The notes under the pieces were generated by a model. That model saw only the letters and a program-made list of their open reading frames with translations. It did not search any database and was not told the DNA's origin. DNA of 63,972 nucleotides, the filler included, from Choristocarpus tenellus KU-1152 (taxonomy: Eukaryota; Protista; Phaeophyceae): NCBI GenBank assembly GCA_964200185.2. It is 8 parts of 8 records of this genome, joined end to end, with 100 filler letters (N's around TTAATTAATTAA, not from the genome) between each part and the next. Parts side by side here need not be neighbours in the genome. Positions count along the whole stretch, not along the records: positions 48,205 to 63,972 come from CAXNAD020000933.1; 7 more parts are not named here. One strand, written 5' to 3'. Below, piece by piece: positions 48,205-61,300 of the stretch. Position numbers and translations under genes: made by a program. Every line of letters starts with the position of its first letter. The first letter of the stretch is position 1.

Positions 48205-49975
48205 CTTGACCAAGGCACCGTCACACACACGATCCCCCACAGTGGCACTCAAAGCTGCACTAGGACCAAGGACAACCTCAAGCAATTCCTTGGCATTTAT
48301 CTTAATCATATCTACTCTACCAGTGGCCAGAAGATCAGGGAGCCCCTTGACACTGTCCACCAGGACAGGGGCACGAGTACTAAGTACACTTGATTCAACA
48401 ATTGCAGAGAGGATTCGTGCTGGAAAATTGACTGGGACACCATCAGGAAGAGACCCTGCCAGCACGACACCGTTCAGACCTCCTACTGTGGTTTGAAGCC
48501 AGACCTGCAGCTTTGCAAGGAGCGCCTCCACCTCATGGCTCACCAATGGACGTTCCCATGGCTCGATGATTTCAGTCGTTTGAGCACCACACTCATCCAG
48601 AAGGGTGGTACAGGTGCGAAGCTCTGCTACGGTCTCTCCACTGATAACATGGACACCCTTTGACTCAAGCATCCTCTCCAGCAATATGCCAGTCTGACCA
48701 CCACTGAACTGGACAAGGTGCGTCAAACCTTTCTTCTGCTGAATACCGGATAGGGCAACACACACATTTTGACCTTTTCCACCAATCCCTGAGGTGGACG
48801 AAGAAGCTCGATTGACTGTCCCAATAGAAAAACCAGCTGTGGGTGGGAAACGTATCTGCCTTTGGATAGCGCCGTTCAAGCCAACAACAATGACAGATGA
48901 CTCGGGGTATCCAGGAGGTATCTCCCATGGGGCCAACTCCTGTACCCCTTTGCCTAGACGAGCCTCAATACATGGTAAACTAAGGTTATTCCCGTCTGTT
49001 GGACTAAGTGTGAGTATGATATCACTGTAGTACTTCTCTTTCTGAAGGCGGTCATAGACTGGTCCATCAAGACGGTGGAAGTGCTCAAGGGACGATTCCC
49101 TGGAGCGACCGTTTGAAACCTTCCGTGTCACCACACGGTCCAAGCACAGGGCACGACTAACATCAAGGAAGATAGTACGATGGAAAGCGTCCGGAACCTT
49201 GACCCATTTCCCTTCCCGATGAAGTAAATGAAGGCCTTCTACCACAACCAGGCGATGCGCTCGAGTGATAGTCACACGATCTGCGACTGGGTCATGCAGG
49301 TCTCTATCGTACACTGGGAGCGCTATGTCGCAGGTGTCGGTTCGCAGGCGCAAGAGATCCCGTAGGAAACTGTCAACGTCGATCGTGCACGGAGCACCCT
49401 TGATATCTTTCATCTTACACCTTTGGCCAGCAGCATTTTGAGTTTCGTGAGAAAGCAGGTAAGAATTTGGCAAACTGTACCCGTCCATGCTTAGAGCCTG
49501 GGCCCAGCCAGACACTGCTTCTGGAACCATCCATATTAAGTTGCAGGCAGCGCAAAGAAGATGTGAAAGTACAGATTTTCCTGCTCCCGCTGGACCAACT
49601 AAACCCACCAGAATACGCTCCCCTGTAGAAAAGCAGCGGCATGTAAGATTGGGTCAACAATTGAAGAGCGACCATATTGTTGAACATACGAGAGTACCAG
49701 CCCTTCCCCGAAACAAGTCACCCCCTGTCCTCACCTCCACCAGCTTCCTCACTATCCTCGACAAGACCCCGAAGCCACGAACATAGCGGTAGAATGGTCT
49801 CCTCAAGCTCCCTGGCACTCACCGCAAACACTCTCTTGCGTCCATCAAGATCAACTTGTAGACCGCCTGCATCTGCCAGTACTTTGTGCACTCTTGCTAT
49901 CGCTTCCACGCTACCTTGTTTGAGGCCATTTCCCCTACATTCCTCGATGGCAGACAAGCCATCAGCGAGGGTCAT
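48205..49975 (-). CDS. Fusion of a YggC/FrcK-like P-loop kinase (pantothenate/uridine-kinase fold) and a PfkB-family sugar-phosphate kinase (FruK/LacC-like), 3' truncated
   Basis: Exons 49975-49735 and 49622-48205. First domain: ILVGLVGPAGAGKS, MDGY, KGAPCTID, PVYDRDLHDP, VVVEGLHLL. Second domain: VGLNGAIQR, GGKGQNV, RTCTTL, TTEIIEP, VLAGSLPDGV, VLVDS, IKINAKEL. Confidence 0.88.
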
Positions 49976-50272
49976 AATCAGCTGGTACTTATCCTGTAGG
50001 GTACTTACACGTAATATGAGAATGTGGCACTGTTGGACTCCAAAAAAAGGAAATACGATCGATGTACTTCTCTACATAATTTTTGTTCGTTTACTATTAT
50101 TCACAACAAAATATTAAGTGTTTTTCTTCTTAGAGGGCGTTTTGTTCAGGTTTGTGAGGATACAATTATTTCATTCATTTGTTGATACAATGTGAGGTAT
50201 CATATGGTTTAAGGCAACTTTGCACATCCTGCTCACACATGGCTTCTAGTTCTATCCAGCAGTACTCCCTCT

Positions 50273-50850
50273 ATGGTTCATAGCCTGGGGCTAGTAATTG
50301 GGCTCTGTTGCTGGCTCGTGCTCTTGTGGAGGCATGGATGGACAGTTGCCAAGTCACTTTTGTGGTTCTTGATTGGGATTACCTCATGGGGATACACCTT
50401 CAAGCTCCAAGGGCGTCTGACTCCCCGAAGCCACGTCGTTGATAACGTAAGAAAATGAATGAAACGTTTGATCTCGTTGCTAGTTACGTCAAGTACTATC
50501 TTAGACTGATCATCGAGCTCTCGCTAAACCTGGTTGTAGGATAGATTTCCCATTGGGGTGTCATGCTTTTCAACATTGCAACGCCCATGCCCTCTCAGCT
50601 GCGTTTGGGAAGGTTCCTCATGAGCACGATCTTCGTCTTGTACTTCGGGGCGGCACTTGTTGGTGCCCTGGAGGTCTTAGCTGTCCATCTCATCATCAGG
50701 ACCTGGCTGGAGGTGCTGGTGAATATTTTGATAAGCCTAATGTCGTTCTGGGTTGGGAACAATATTTTTCGTTGGTTCCAAGATTGGGTCGTGATGGATC
50801 CCGAATTGGATCCCCCTATGTGGGTGTTAGACTTCTGCACCATCAGTTGA
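50273..50850 (+). CDS. Small (~160 aa) ~4-TM membrane protein of unknown function
   Basis: Exons 50273-50446 and 50545-50850 join in phase 0 via GTAAG...ATAG; several hydrophobic segments. Confidence 0.55.
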
Positions 50851-51556
50851 TGGTGCATGGTGCATGTTGCATGGTGGGTGTTTGGTCGACGTGCCTAGAT
50901 GTTTCACGGTCGAGAATAGTTTTATCAATATAGGCGGGGGGGAAAGGGAATCGGCGTTGTGTGATGCTTGAATCTACCCTAGTGCTATCAGGATGTTGCT
51001 CCTTACGACGAGGTAGTAGTGGAATAGTAGTAGAAGAAATCTTGGGTGAGGTATTTCATGTGTATTGTTCTTGAACTGGCTGGTGACCAGTAGTGGACTG
51101 TAGACTGGATGATATTGGCCTCATACTTCATACGCTATTTACTGACACAGTGGAGTTTTGGTTCAGGAGAGTACCTCTTATACTGCAATTCCCTGCATAA
51201 GAGGAACCATTGTAGACCCTTGCTATAGTTCAACCAGAAAATCGTACATCAAACCCTTTGAGCCAACTGGACTTGAATACTTCGAATAGGCACCATGGTC
51301 TGTGCTCGATTCCGAAGTTCAATACAACTATGATACCATGGCGAGATCCAGAAGGGGACTGAGCATTGTGCAATGCTCACCTATGTGTGTATTGTTGAAT
51401 AACCTCTTAGACCTGTGGTGAAGATGATGTGCTGTACAAGATGATATTACTTGGTTATCAATCTTACTTTGGCTTCAACAATTGACCTATGGTCTCACTT
51501 CTTCTGACTGAGCATGGTCCAGAAGGAGGGGACAAAGATACATAGGCTTACCTACA

Positions 51557-51813
51557 GAGTGAAAGTGTCTTAGAGGGTACGAGTTTTGTCCTATTTGTAT
51601 GTTTGATGCTTGTCTTCCCAAGGGTTCTTTGTGGCATTTAATCTGATCCGAAACGTTTTGGAGTAGGTAAAATGTATACGTTATGAAAAGGTATGTCCGG
51701 AACAAGATCATTGACACTTCCTAACAAACACAATACCAAAATTACATCAAAACCATGACATTGGATTTTGGCCCCCAACGGACGCGGCTCTACCCTCTAA
51801 GATACTTTAACTC
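51557..51813 (+). mobile_element. MITE family 1 (257 bp), TSD not preserved
   Basis: GAGTGAAAGTGTCTTAGAGGGTA...TACCCTCTAAGATACTTTAACTC; the flanks TACA and ATAA differ. Confidence 0.9.
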
Positions 51814-54076
51814 ATAAAGTGAGTTTTGTGATTGCCCACATGTATTTACCCATGTATTACATCGTTACCTAATCAAGGAAATTTAAGTTTTACCATTCTA
51901 CCTGCCATCCCATATCCTACCAACAGTGATATTTAAAGTATGTCAGAAGCACTCACCACTATTTCACTCCCTTGCCACTCAAGCAATATGTCCCCCCTCC
52001 TGTACTAACTTGAGATATCTTCCAAGAGGGTACTTATATTCATTAACTGGACAAATCAGTGCCATGAGACTATCAATCTAGTTATGAATATAAACATCAA
52101 CCAGAAATGGGTACCCCACAAAGGTGTGTGTTCATCATCTCCAAAGACAATATCAGGGATTAGCACTTATCTATTGTCCTACCAACAATAGAGTACATAC
52201 GTCATTAGTGTTGATCTAGGTGGATCCTTGGAACTTAGCTGTATTTAAATCTACTATTGTCCTGTCACAATCCTAGCACAGAGTCTTACCGGTCTTTAGC
52301 TCTGTGGTTCGCAATATCATAAGTATATCAATCACTTTCAGCACTAGTTCACTGGGTGACCTGACACAGTTTTTGATGATGTACTGTCCATCACTTTCCA
52401 AGTTCCAAAGATAGAATCTTACAGATCTTACCTAGATTGTTCACCAGAACTCACAGGTTATGCTTCCACAATACTAGCAAATATCATTGGTTCTTTGACT
52501 ATGTGAGTCCCTTGAACTCAGTAGCATGGCTTGACTACCACCACAAACTATGCAACTCTCTCTGGCTGTGATGACTCTTTCATCTAGAATCAAGTTATTC
52601 AGCTTCCACGTTGTGTCACAGCTTCATCTGAACTGTACCTGGGTAATCTACTCATGACCAAACAAATTAATTGTACTCTCAATACCAGTGATGACTCTGT
52701 CACCTTCAGTCAAATTACTCTACTGTGTCAAATCCTCCTTTGAGGTACACCTGCATATCAACCTACAATCAACAAAATTGGTCATGTGTTTCAAAAACAC
52801 TCTAGGTCCTCTAAATGCTGGATCCTGATAACCTGCTCTCTAGCCTCAATCCTATTAGCCATGAAGCTATACATCTCCAACCACCTAATCCAGAACACCA
52901 AAACTTGACCATCCTATACTCAATGGTGTCATGTCATGAACATATAATAACACTCAATCATGCTGCATAAAGAGCAACAATTGCCATTCCTTCAATAAAG
53001 ACATGTTCTTCCTCTTCTCTGGGTGCAGTTGCTGCATTTTTGTAGCAACCATCCCTATATTTCCTTCCGATGATGGTGTCCTTACTAGACTATCCTGCCA
53101 TTCATTCAGGTTCACAGCCCCATCAGTGTGCCCTGCACTTGATGGCTGCCAGTGTGACCTGAGCCCCAACAACCCCTTTCCTACAAATTCTGCTCTGCCT
53201 TGCCGCACAGCACAATGGCCAGAGATATCTTCATGTTATGGTGTGCTGAATAATCCCTCTTAGACCCACAGTGAATATGATGAGCTGGTACTAGATGATG
53301 TGACTTGATTGGCAATTGTATCTTAGTTTCAACAAGTGTCATGGTCTCTCTTCCTCTGACTAACATGGCCTAAGGAGAGGGGGCAAAATGTAGACTTGGC
53401 TATAATGTGGGATTTGTCATTGTCCATATAAATAACCTACGCATTACATTATTTTTTACTTACTCTATGGCCAGCATGTCTAGACAGAACATATCGAGAA
53501 ACATATTCAGTAAATAATGTGATACATCAAAGACATCAACAGACTGTCCAACAACACATTCTATCAGTATATCAATTACTAGCTCTAACTGTCATTCCAT
53601 GAGGCTCCATAGTGTCTCAGTGGAACAACAAAGGGGAAGGTAAAAGCAGAAGTAAAAAGTGTGTTGCTGAGGGTGGGTCAACTTGATGTGGATCATAGGT
53701 TCATTGCAAATATGCTGTTACTACATGTGTGTAACACTTTGTTATGAGGCAACATCTGAGCATAGAGATGTACAACAGTAGCCACAATACTGTGCATGCT
53801 TAGAGGTGATACTGAGGACTTATAGTTTTTGTTTGACGGTTACAACGATGCATCATTTCCGATGGATACCCAACGTATGGAGAGCGTTCACACAGAGGGT
53901 GTACTTCACTGAGAAAATCTGTATTTATACTTAAGAAGTAGGGGCCACTACCTCCATTCACCTTGTTCCGGACCAAGGAAACATTACTGTGGAGGATCCA
54001 CTTGCTAAACCAGGAGGTTTTCTTCAGGGGATTGATTGCTGGGCACCCCTTCCAAACACATGACCTGCCCAATGCT

Positions 54077-54844
54077 TCACTTGTGTGGGGCTTCTTCCTC
54101 CACTACAGCCTCACTATTGCTGAGCCTTTCAATGAGGGCTAATTGCTCACTCTCCACTCGTTGCAGTGACTGAAACTGTAGGATTTGGCGATCCAACTCA
54201 AGCATTTTCTCCCGAAGCACCGTTTGCAGAGCGATTTTCTGTCGATGGCGGTACTCCACTTCACCATCCACCTTGATTAGAAATTGCACCAGTGGAAGTG
54301 GGAAAAGGGTAATGCGGCTAAGATGGAGATGAAGCATGTCATAATGACACACGTGATTGAATCGAGATGAAAAATACACCTTGCTTGTAGTTGAAATTTT
54401 CTGTTTTGCAGGAAGAGAGCTTTCTCTGGATCTAATTTGTAATAAGTGAGCTTTCACAGAACAGGGTTCGCATATACTGAGTATATGATCTAGGATGCGA
54501 CATGATGTCTCGGGTATCCCCAGCGCAGCGGTGTACGCACCTGAAGTGACACAACAGGCTCACTACCTGGGCCCTTATCACGAGATGAGCTATTGGTCAT
54601 TGATATTTGTATACACCTTGTTTCGCAGCCCGATTGCACGTAGTTTTTCCTTGTCGATGCGTCCTGCATTGGCATCCAGAAGTTCGACAATGTTGTGGAC
54701 CTGGGAGTTGAAATCTTTGATCTTGGTAACAAAACTTCGACATTCTTCTCCCAGCTCCTCTGCATGTTTGAATTGCTCGGGGTCCAGCACCCGTATTCGG
54801 TGTTCATCGTCGAATGATATCTGGACACCCTTCTCATCAGCCAT
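54077..54844 (-). CDS. IFT20: Intraflagellar transport protein 20
   Basis: Exons 54844-54617 and 54271-54077. MADEKGVQISFDDEHRIRVLDPE...IDKEKLRAIGLRNK|V...EKMLELDR...QSLQRVESEQLALIERL. Confidence 0.93.
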
Positions 54845-55323
54845 CCTGGACGGTTTCAATTTCTTACCAAACAAAGCCGATGTCCAAAAATGATAGGTGA
54901 GGTCTCAGCTTGTTGGCATTGACAATTCGACAGGAAAGTCTCCGATGACCTTAAGGCTTCGTGTAACTCTTAACTTAAAAACCACATCCCTCTCATCTCT
55001 TACAATTTAGATCTTGGATGCCCTCATTCATCTCTCGATTCTTGCACGATATCGCGCGGTAGAAGCGCGCAGCTTGTGCTTACGAACTATTTACCTTAAA
55101 GAGATATATCTATTATATCTCGTCCTTTCTCGCTAGGGGGAAGCCCTGAAGGTTCGGTACGACATTGAACTGGAGAATGGGGTAGGGACAATTCTCTGGC
55201 ACGCACGTGAAGGGTTGATCGAGGTGCCCTTCTACCTAAGCTGGATCCCAATCCCAGTACTACGACAAAAGATCACTACGCCATTCCATCCCCACATCGA
55301 ACATTCAATACCTCGAACGATCG

Positions 55324-58300
55324 ATGGTGAACCTGGAGATCGATGGTATCTTCCCGAGCAAACTTGACCACCATGACTCTCTTTCTATACAAGTAGAGCA
55401 AAGCATGTGTAAACGTAGTTCTAAACTGCCTCGATCTCCGATCACAACGGTAAAGGAGACCGAGGACGAAATATTCCACGAAACTCTCTACTTTGATCTG
55501 CTGGCTCTGGGCGGAGGAGTGGCTTCGGGTTATTGGGCACAGGTGGGGGTCGCTGCACTTTGTAACAAGGCAAAATCACCAAGGAAGATTACAAATGTTT
55601 GTCATCGAGGCCTCAGACGACGATCCAAAAACTATGTAATACTCCCAGCACGCTTTTTGTAGTGCTACGTGTTGCCAGCAACTTCGAAGGAAGTGCGCAT
55701 TCCGTGCTGAGAAACAAGATGTTGCCACAATGGAGGAGTTGAGGACGTTTTGCTTCAGTACACTTTACAATGCTTATTCATATCAACAATAACCCTCGTG
55801 TGTAGTCTAACTTGTTTGCCTCTCACAAATATCTGAATGAACCAGGCGATATCTAAGGATCTCTCCGAGAAGGGATTAACAGCTGGTATAATCTCAGGAG
55901 ATTGTGATGGGCTGGCTCCTTACGAGAGGTACAGGGATGAGGATTATGCGCTTGTTTCACAGGTGTCAAGTGCAGCTCTCATAGAATTTAGTGTTCATGT
56001 CAACAACAGTCAATTTGGCATATTTATGTTGACCTATAAAATCATCCCTCTTCTCGATATGAACCCTTCAGACCAGCTTTGTCCAAGGGATGTCTTGTTC
56101 CGGGCTTGGAGAAACTACTTGACTACACGGCAACTCCATCTGACTTCCCGTTCGTGTGTAAGGGGTCGGGTGGGACTGAACAGACACCTCATTGGTACAA
56201 AGAACACGTGAGAAAAGACTACCACATACATTGAAGTGTAACCCGTGCCCAGGCCATCACTTTTCTCAAGTGATTCGACACCACATAATAATCCTGCTAA
56301 AACAATGTTCCCTGTGTAAACCATGTATCAACAAAATATCTCACTAACGCCTTGTTCGATGATAGTAAAAAAAGATTTCTCAGGAAAATGTCTACTCTCT
56401 CAAGTAGCACAAACATCGATATCAAGCAGTATGAGTATGTTTTGGTCATTATCCATTCACCAAGATATCATCTGTGCACCACAATCTAAATTATGTACAT
56501 GGATGTCCTGCCAAGAACAGGGTATCACATTGTTGTGCAGCTCCCAGGCCATCTGGGCCGACCTCGACAAAAAATTCCTTATTGTGAAGAGGATTTGCCC
56601 TGATGGCAAAGGGGGTCTCCTGTCCAAACAAACAACTAAGGTACAATACACTCTGACAACAGCCATTGAGTCAAACTAGTTCTTCACTAGTATGATATAT
56701 TATATTGGACAGACAAAAGGGGTTGTCTGACACATGTCAGACAGGGCCACAATGCCTGCACCTGCACGAAATAATAAGAACACTTTCACTTGACACTACT
56801 CTGGCACTATGTACTTCAAAAGCATGTGGAAGGCACTAGGCTTTCCGCCTCAAAGGGCCCAACTATTTGTACACGTCGATGTGCTCATTATCCCACAGGT
56901 GGGATACAAGTATTTGATGATTGCCACGGGAGTAAGGCCCCGGCGCATTGAGGATAGCGCCAATGGCAACCTGGCTTACAGAATCCAGGTGCAATAAAAG
57001 AAAAATGCCCTTGACATATTTGCACCATTGGTGCCAGGAGGGAAGACTGACTATTACAGGTGTCACAAAAGGTTGTATTATTTTTAGATGTTGCCAAACT
57101 CATACCTTACCAACTTCTGCTAATTGCTTCATCTCTTCCTCTCCTCCCTACCATATGCATTTACATTGACATTGACATTCAAGGAGTCCTGTTTTTGTTC
57201 GCGACACCCAGACCTATTGGGATCTCCTCCTGTGCTCTTCAAGTCAGATGAGTATGGCTTCGGGTCAGTGCACTATCTCCGGGACCTGGGAGACTCCATC
57301 AAACTCCTACAGGCCATGGGTAGGGTGGAGGCTGATGGACAGGTTAGATGGGCACCGCTATTTGTGTGAGGTGTCAAATGTCAGATGAAGGAGTGCACTT
57401 TGAGCCTCAGAGATAAAATAAGAAGATGCGAGGGATTGGAGATAAAATATTCTACCTCCAGGTTCAAAGTGTATGGTTGCATTTCTGTTGGAGGTAGTTC
57501 TGATACTTGATGGAAAGCTGGTAACAACAAAGAGAGGAATTACTTCAATAAGTGACCTCCTCACTGCTAGGAAGGGTCGATATTTGTGTTGCCATCCATA
57601 TCTAATGACAGAGTTAATGTTTGATAAGAGGGGGGGGACGAGTTCAGAGCACAGGGCTGAGGAGAGTAGTATGAGAATAAGATATATTTTCACAAAGCCT
57701 TGTACCAGTACCTCTACGATCTGAGAGCTCTACTTTTGTTGTTATCTTCACCTGGGCAGGGTGAATCATGAATTGGTTCAGATCCCTAGTAATTTGAACA
57801 TAGGACCAGAACATTCACCTGCACCTGACTTGTCATTGTGCACTAACCCTACTTTTCCAAATGTTCTCATTGTTTTGATACGTTATCACAGGAGACCTGT
57901 CGAGATGCAGTGGTAGTGATTGGTGGTGGGCTGATAGCATGTGAGGTGGCATCAGCCATAGTATCTCACTACCCTGACATTCCATTGACACTAGTCATTC
58001 CAAGGGAGAACCTGCTGCAGGGGTTAGGCTTCGGTAAAGAGATTGGGTATTTCTATGAAAAGCAGCTCTCAAGGGTACGGCTTTAAGACTGTATTGTAGA
58101 CCTTGACCAATGTTTCCACTAGTTGATCCAATTTTCTTGTTTGTGGTGAGGGGTGATACTAGATGGACATCTTCTGAAAGGTGTAGGCATGGACTGAAGA
58201 AGAGCAGTGTTCCCTTGAGAATATAGGTGGTACTCAGATGTGCACACTATGTATTTTGGGCATGGAAGTCCTGAAGGGGTTGGGTTCATGAAGAACAACC

Positions 58301-61300
58301 CAAATCCTCCCTAAGAGCCCATCATGAATTGATTCAATTTCTAATCTCCAAGTGCTTTCAGTCATATACTTCAACGCATTTCCCTACCAACATTCCTTAT
58401 GCCCTTCCTTGCAGCATCCGGTTGCTTGATTGCAAAATGCAAAGGATGGCATCATCTAAACAATTTAAATTTATCGGTGGTAATAGCCTGCAGCAGAGAG
58501 TGACACATTTCATAATATAATGTTATCGTGCACCTACTGCTGTTAATTCCTGTACATCCCACCCCTACATCAACGGCAAGGCTGGCGTGAAGTTTGCCAA
58601 GAGCTATTGTGTTACCCGTTTATGGGCCCTGGATGAGGAGGGGAAGTTTCCTACACTTGAACGGGTGCCACAGGCACCATTGCTGAAGAAAACACTCCCA
58701 CGATCATTTGGACCAGCTGATCCTAATCTTACCTCCTGCAGAGGTGTGGTTTTGTCTGGCGCACAAAGTGAGGAACAGGTATGAGAGAATTTGAGGTGAA
58801 CAGTCTTGTCCAGGGCGAGGAAAATTAGGCTAATCCCCCTCAAATCAGTCACCATCTACTGGCCATCCTGTCGCTGTTCCTCACCCCCTTATTAGAGGTG
58901 GATGCATACTTATTTCAATTAATTATCCAAATCTTTATAATTACATGTTTGTCCTTAGGAGTAGACTGGTGGTTTGTGTGCCAACAGTTATCCTTCTGCT
59001 CTCTCCTCAAACAACATCCAATTCATGGTATTGTTATCCATCCCTTAACTTTACTTCCTTCCCCCTTTGCCCCAAACCGGTCAAGGTGTGGCTACCAGCA
59101 AGATACATTGTTTTGGGAATCGGCTCCATTCCCAACACGGACTTGTTTCACAGTTCCCTTTCCACAGCCCCAGATGGCAGCCTTATCACAGACTCTGCAT
59201 TGCGTGTAAGTCATGCCTCCAGAGATGTCTTTGCAGCTGGTGATGTGGCATCTGTACCTCTGCTGCTGGCTGGTGGGAGATTAACTCGCTTCGAACACGT
59301 TCATGCTGCCCGGGAAATGGCTCTGCACTGTGCCAGAGTCATGTTGTACCCTGAGGGACAAGAATCAAAGTTGCCTTACAACCCTGTGCCATCCTTCTAC
59401 TCCAGGTATGACAATTGTAATAGTATGGGAAATGTATAACATAGTTGTGAAAGGAGAGGGGAAAAGTTTATGCTCTACAGTTGTTTCTGTGAAGGAGGGA
59501 ACAAAATTTTGCTTTGATCCATCTAATACATGATTCAACTTGAGAGATAATCTGCATTGTATGTTGGTGTTTATCAAATAAGGCTATGAGAAATATAAGC
59601 ACCTGATCCCCCAGGGCATATTACACCCGCCTTCCACAGAGGATGTCAGCATTGTGAGTCGTGTGTCCTGGCCAGGGATTTAAAATATCCTAGAGCATAT
59701 GTCAGGATAGAGTGGGTGATACAATATTGTCTGGTGGAACGACTGTAACGCAGGCAGTGACAAAGTACACAAGACATTATGACATTCATATGTTCAACAG
59801 GTTTTTGGATCTGTCGTGGAAATTTTACGGCTTCACAGAGGGAGAGATGGTTGTCCTGGGCATGGAAGCATTTCCTACATCACGGACATTTGGTGCTTTC
59901 TGGCTCAAGGAAGGACAAATTGTTGGTGCTTTCCTTGAGGTACTACTGTATTGTAGCTGAAGGCACCATTCCAATGTTAGTCATACAATTACAAAGCTGG
60001 AATTATGATCGTTGAAACAGTTTTGACCATTGAACTTCCGCTTGTGACACTATTCTATTTCAGCATACATGTAATTTTTTCCTATGAGTATTGCACCATC
60101 TCATGGGATTGTTCCACCGTTGGTTGATTCATTTAGTTGACATTTGCCCCAAACTGTTTTGAAGCATCACAACAGGGTTTTGTTCGTATATCCTGCTATA
60201 GCACCCCTGATGTGTCTCTCTGGATGATGGTTTTATCTTGACACATCAAAATTTGGATTTGGAAAGGTACTAATAGTTCCAGCACAATGAAGAGAGGATT
60301 GCTGTGAATTCCCAGGAGGGACCGAGATAAATGACCCTCTACAGGCTCACAGCTGTGTAGTTCTCCCTTTTATCACTAGCCCCTGTAGTGAAGCACACCT
60401 TTCACCTTTCACATTTGTCAGTTCTTGATGAGTGCAGCACCCTAAACCGTTATGATTGAGTGTCCCCCTCAATCCCTGCGGATTGATTCTTTGGATATTT
60501 GACCATGTATTGATTGTGGACTGACTGCAGGAAGACACTTCCTTGGGGGTGGACCATTCTGCTGCGCTTGAGCTCATGGCAAGGGAGAGACCTCGTGTAC
60601 TTGATGTTAAACATCTGAGCAAGGTTGGTGGTACATTCTACCAATGCCTTGGACAGTGAGGTGTTGGAATTGAAGTGAGCAAGCAAAGTCACAAATGTGT
60701 TACACTTCAAAGAAGTGCATCTGAAGTGACTAACACTAAAACATTTAGAGCACACAAAGTCAGTGTTACCGACAAGCGGTCCTTACAATTGTGATACTAC
60801 CCCAGGGTACTTTTCAAGTGATCTTTATTCTTTCAACTCGTCCGTGTTATGGGATAACAACTGGTTGACATTGAATGCTCATTGCCTTGTAACACAATAG
60901 CCTGTGTATCACTGACAGCCTTGTTGGCCCGTTAGTTTATACACCACACTCTCAAGAACTGTCATTCATAATCATGTGCTACATACACTATGCAAACAGT
61001 GTCTTGATCCTTCCTTACAGAAAAAAATACCTGATATTTTACTTGTCCTCTTAAAATCAGACAGTACCAAGCTTGGTCAGTGGACAGTTCTCTTTCTTGA
61101 GAACGAATACCTGACTCCCTTGCATTGAGGACATTGGTGCATGGTGATGATCAAAGCACACCTCATCTCTTAGACCTCAAAAGGGGAGTGCTGTGGCGTG
61201 AATGTGTAGTGGGTGCTTTGTCTTGAATTTGTCTCTTCCGCCTACGAAAAATGTTAACAATAATTGGAAGGGCGTTCTTAATCATATGGATGCATTCTTC

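Noticed and set aside
51900-53400. Possible decayed retroelement
   Set aside because: No RT, integrase or gag motif could be identified by eye; BLASTX is needed.
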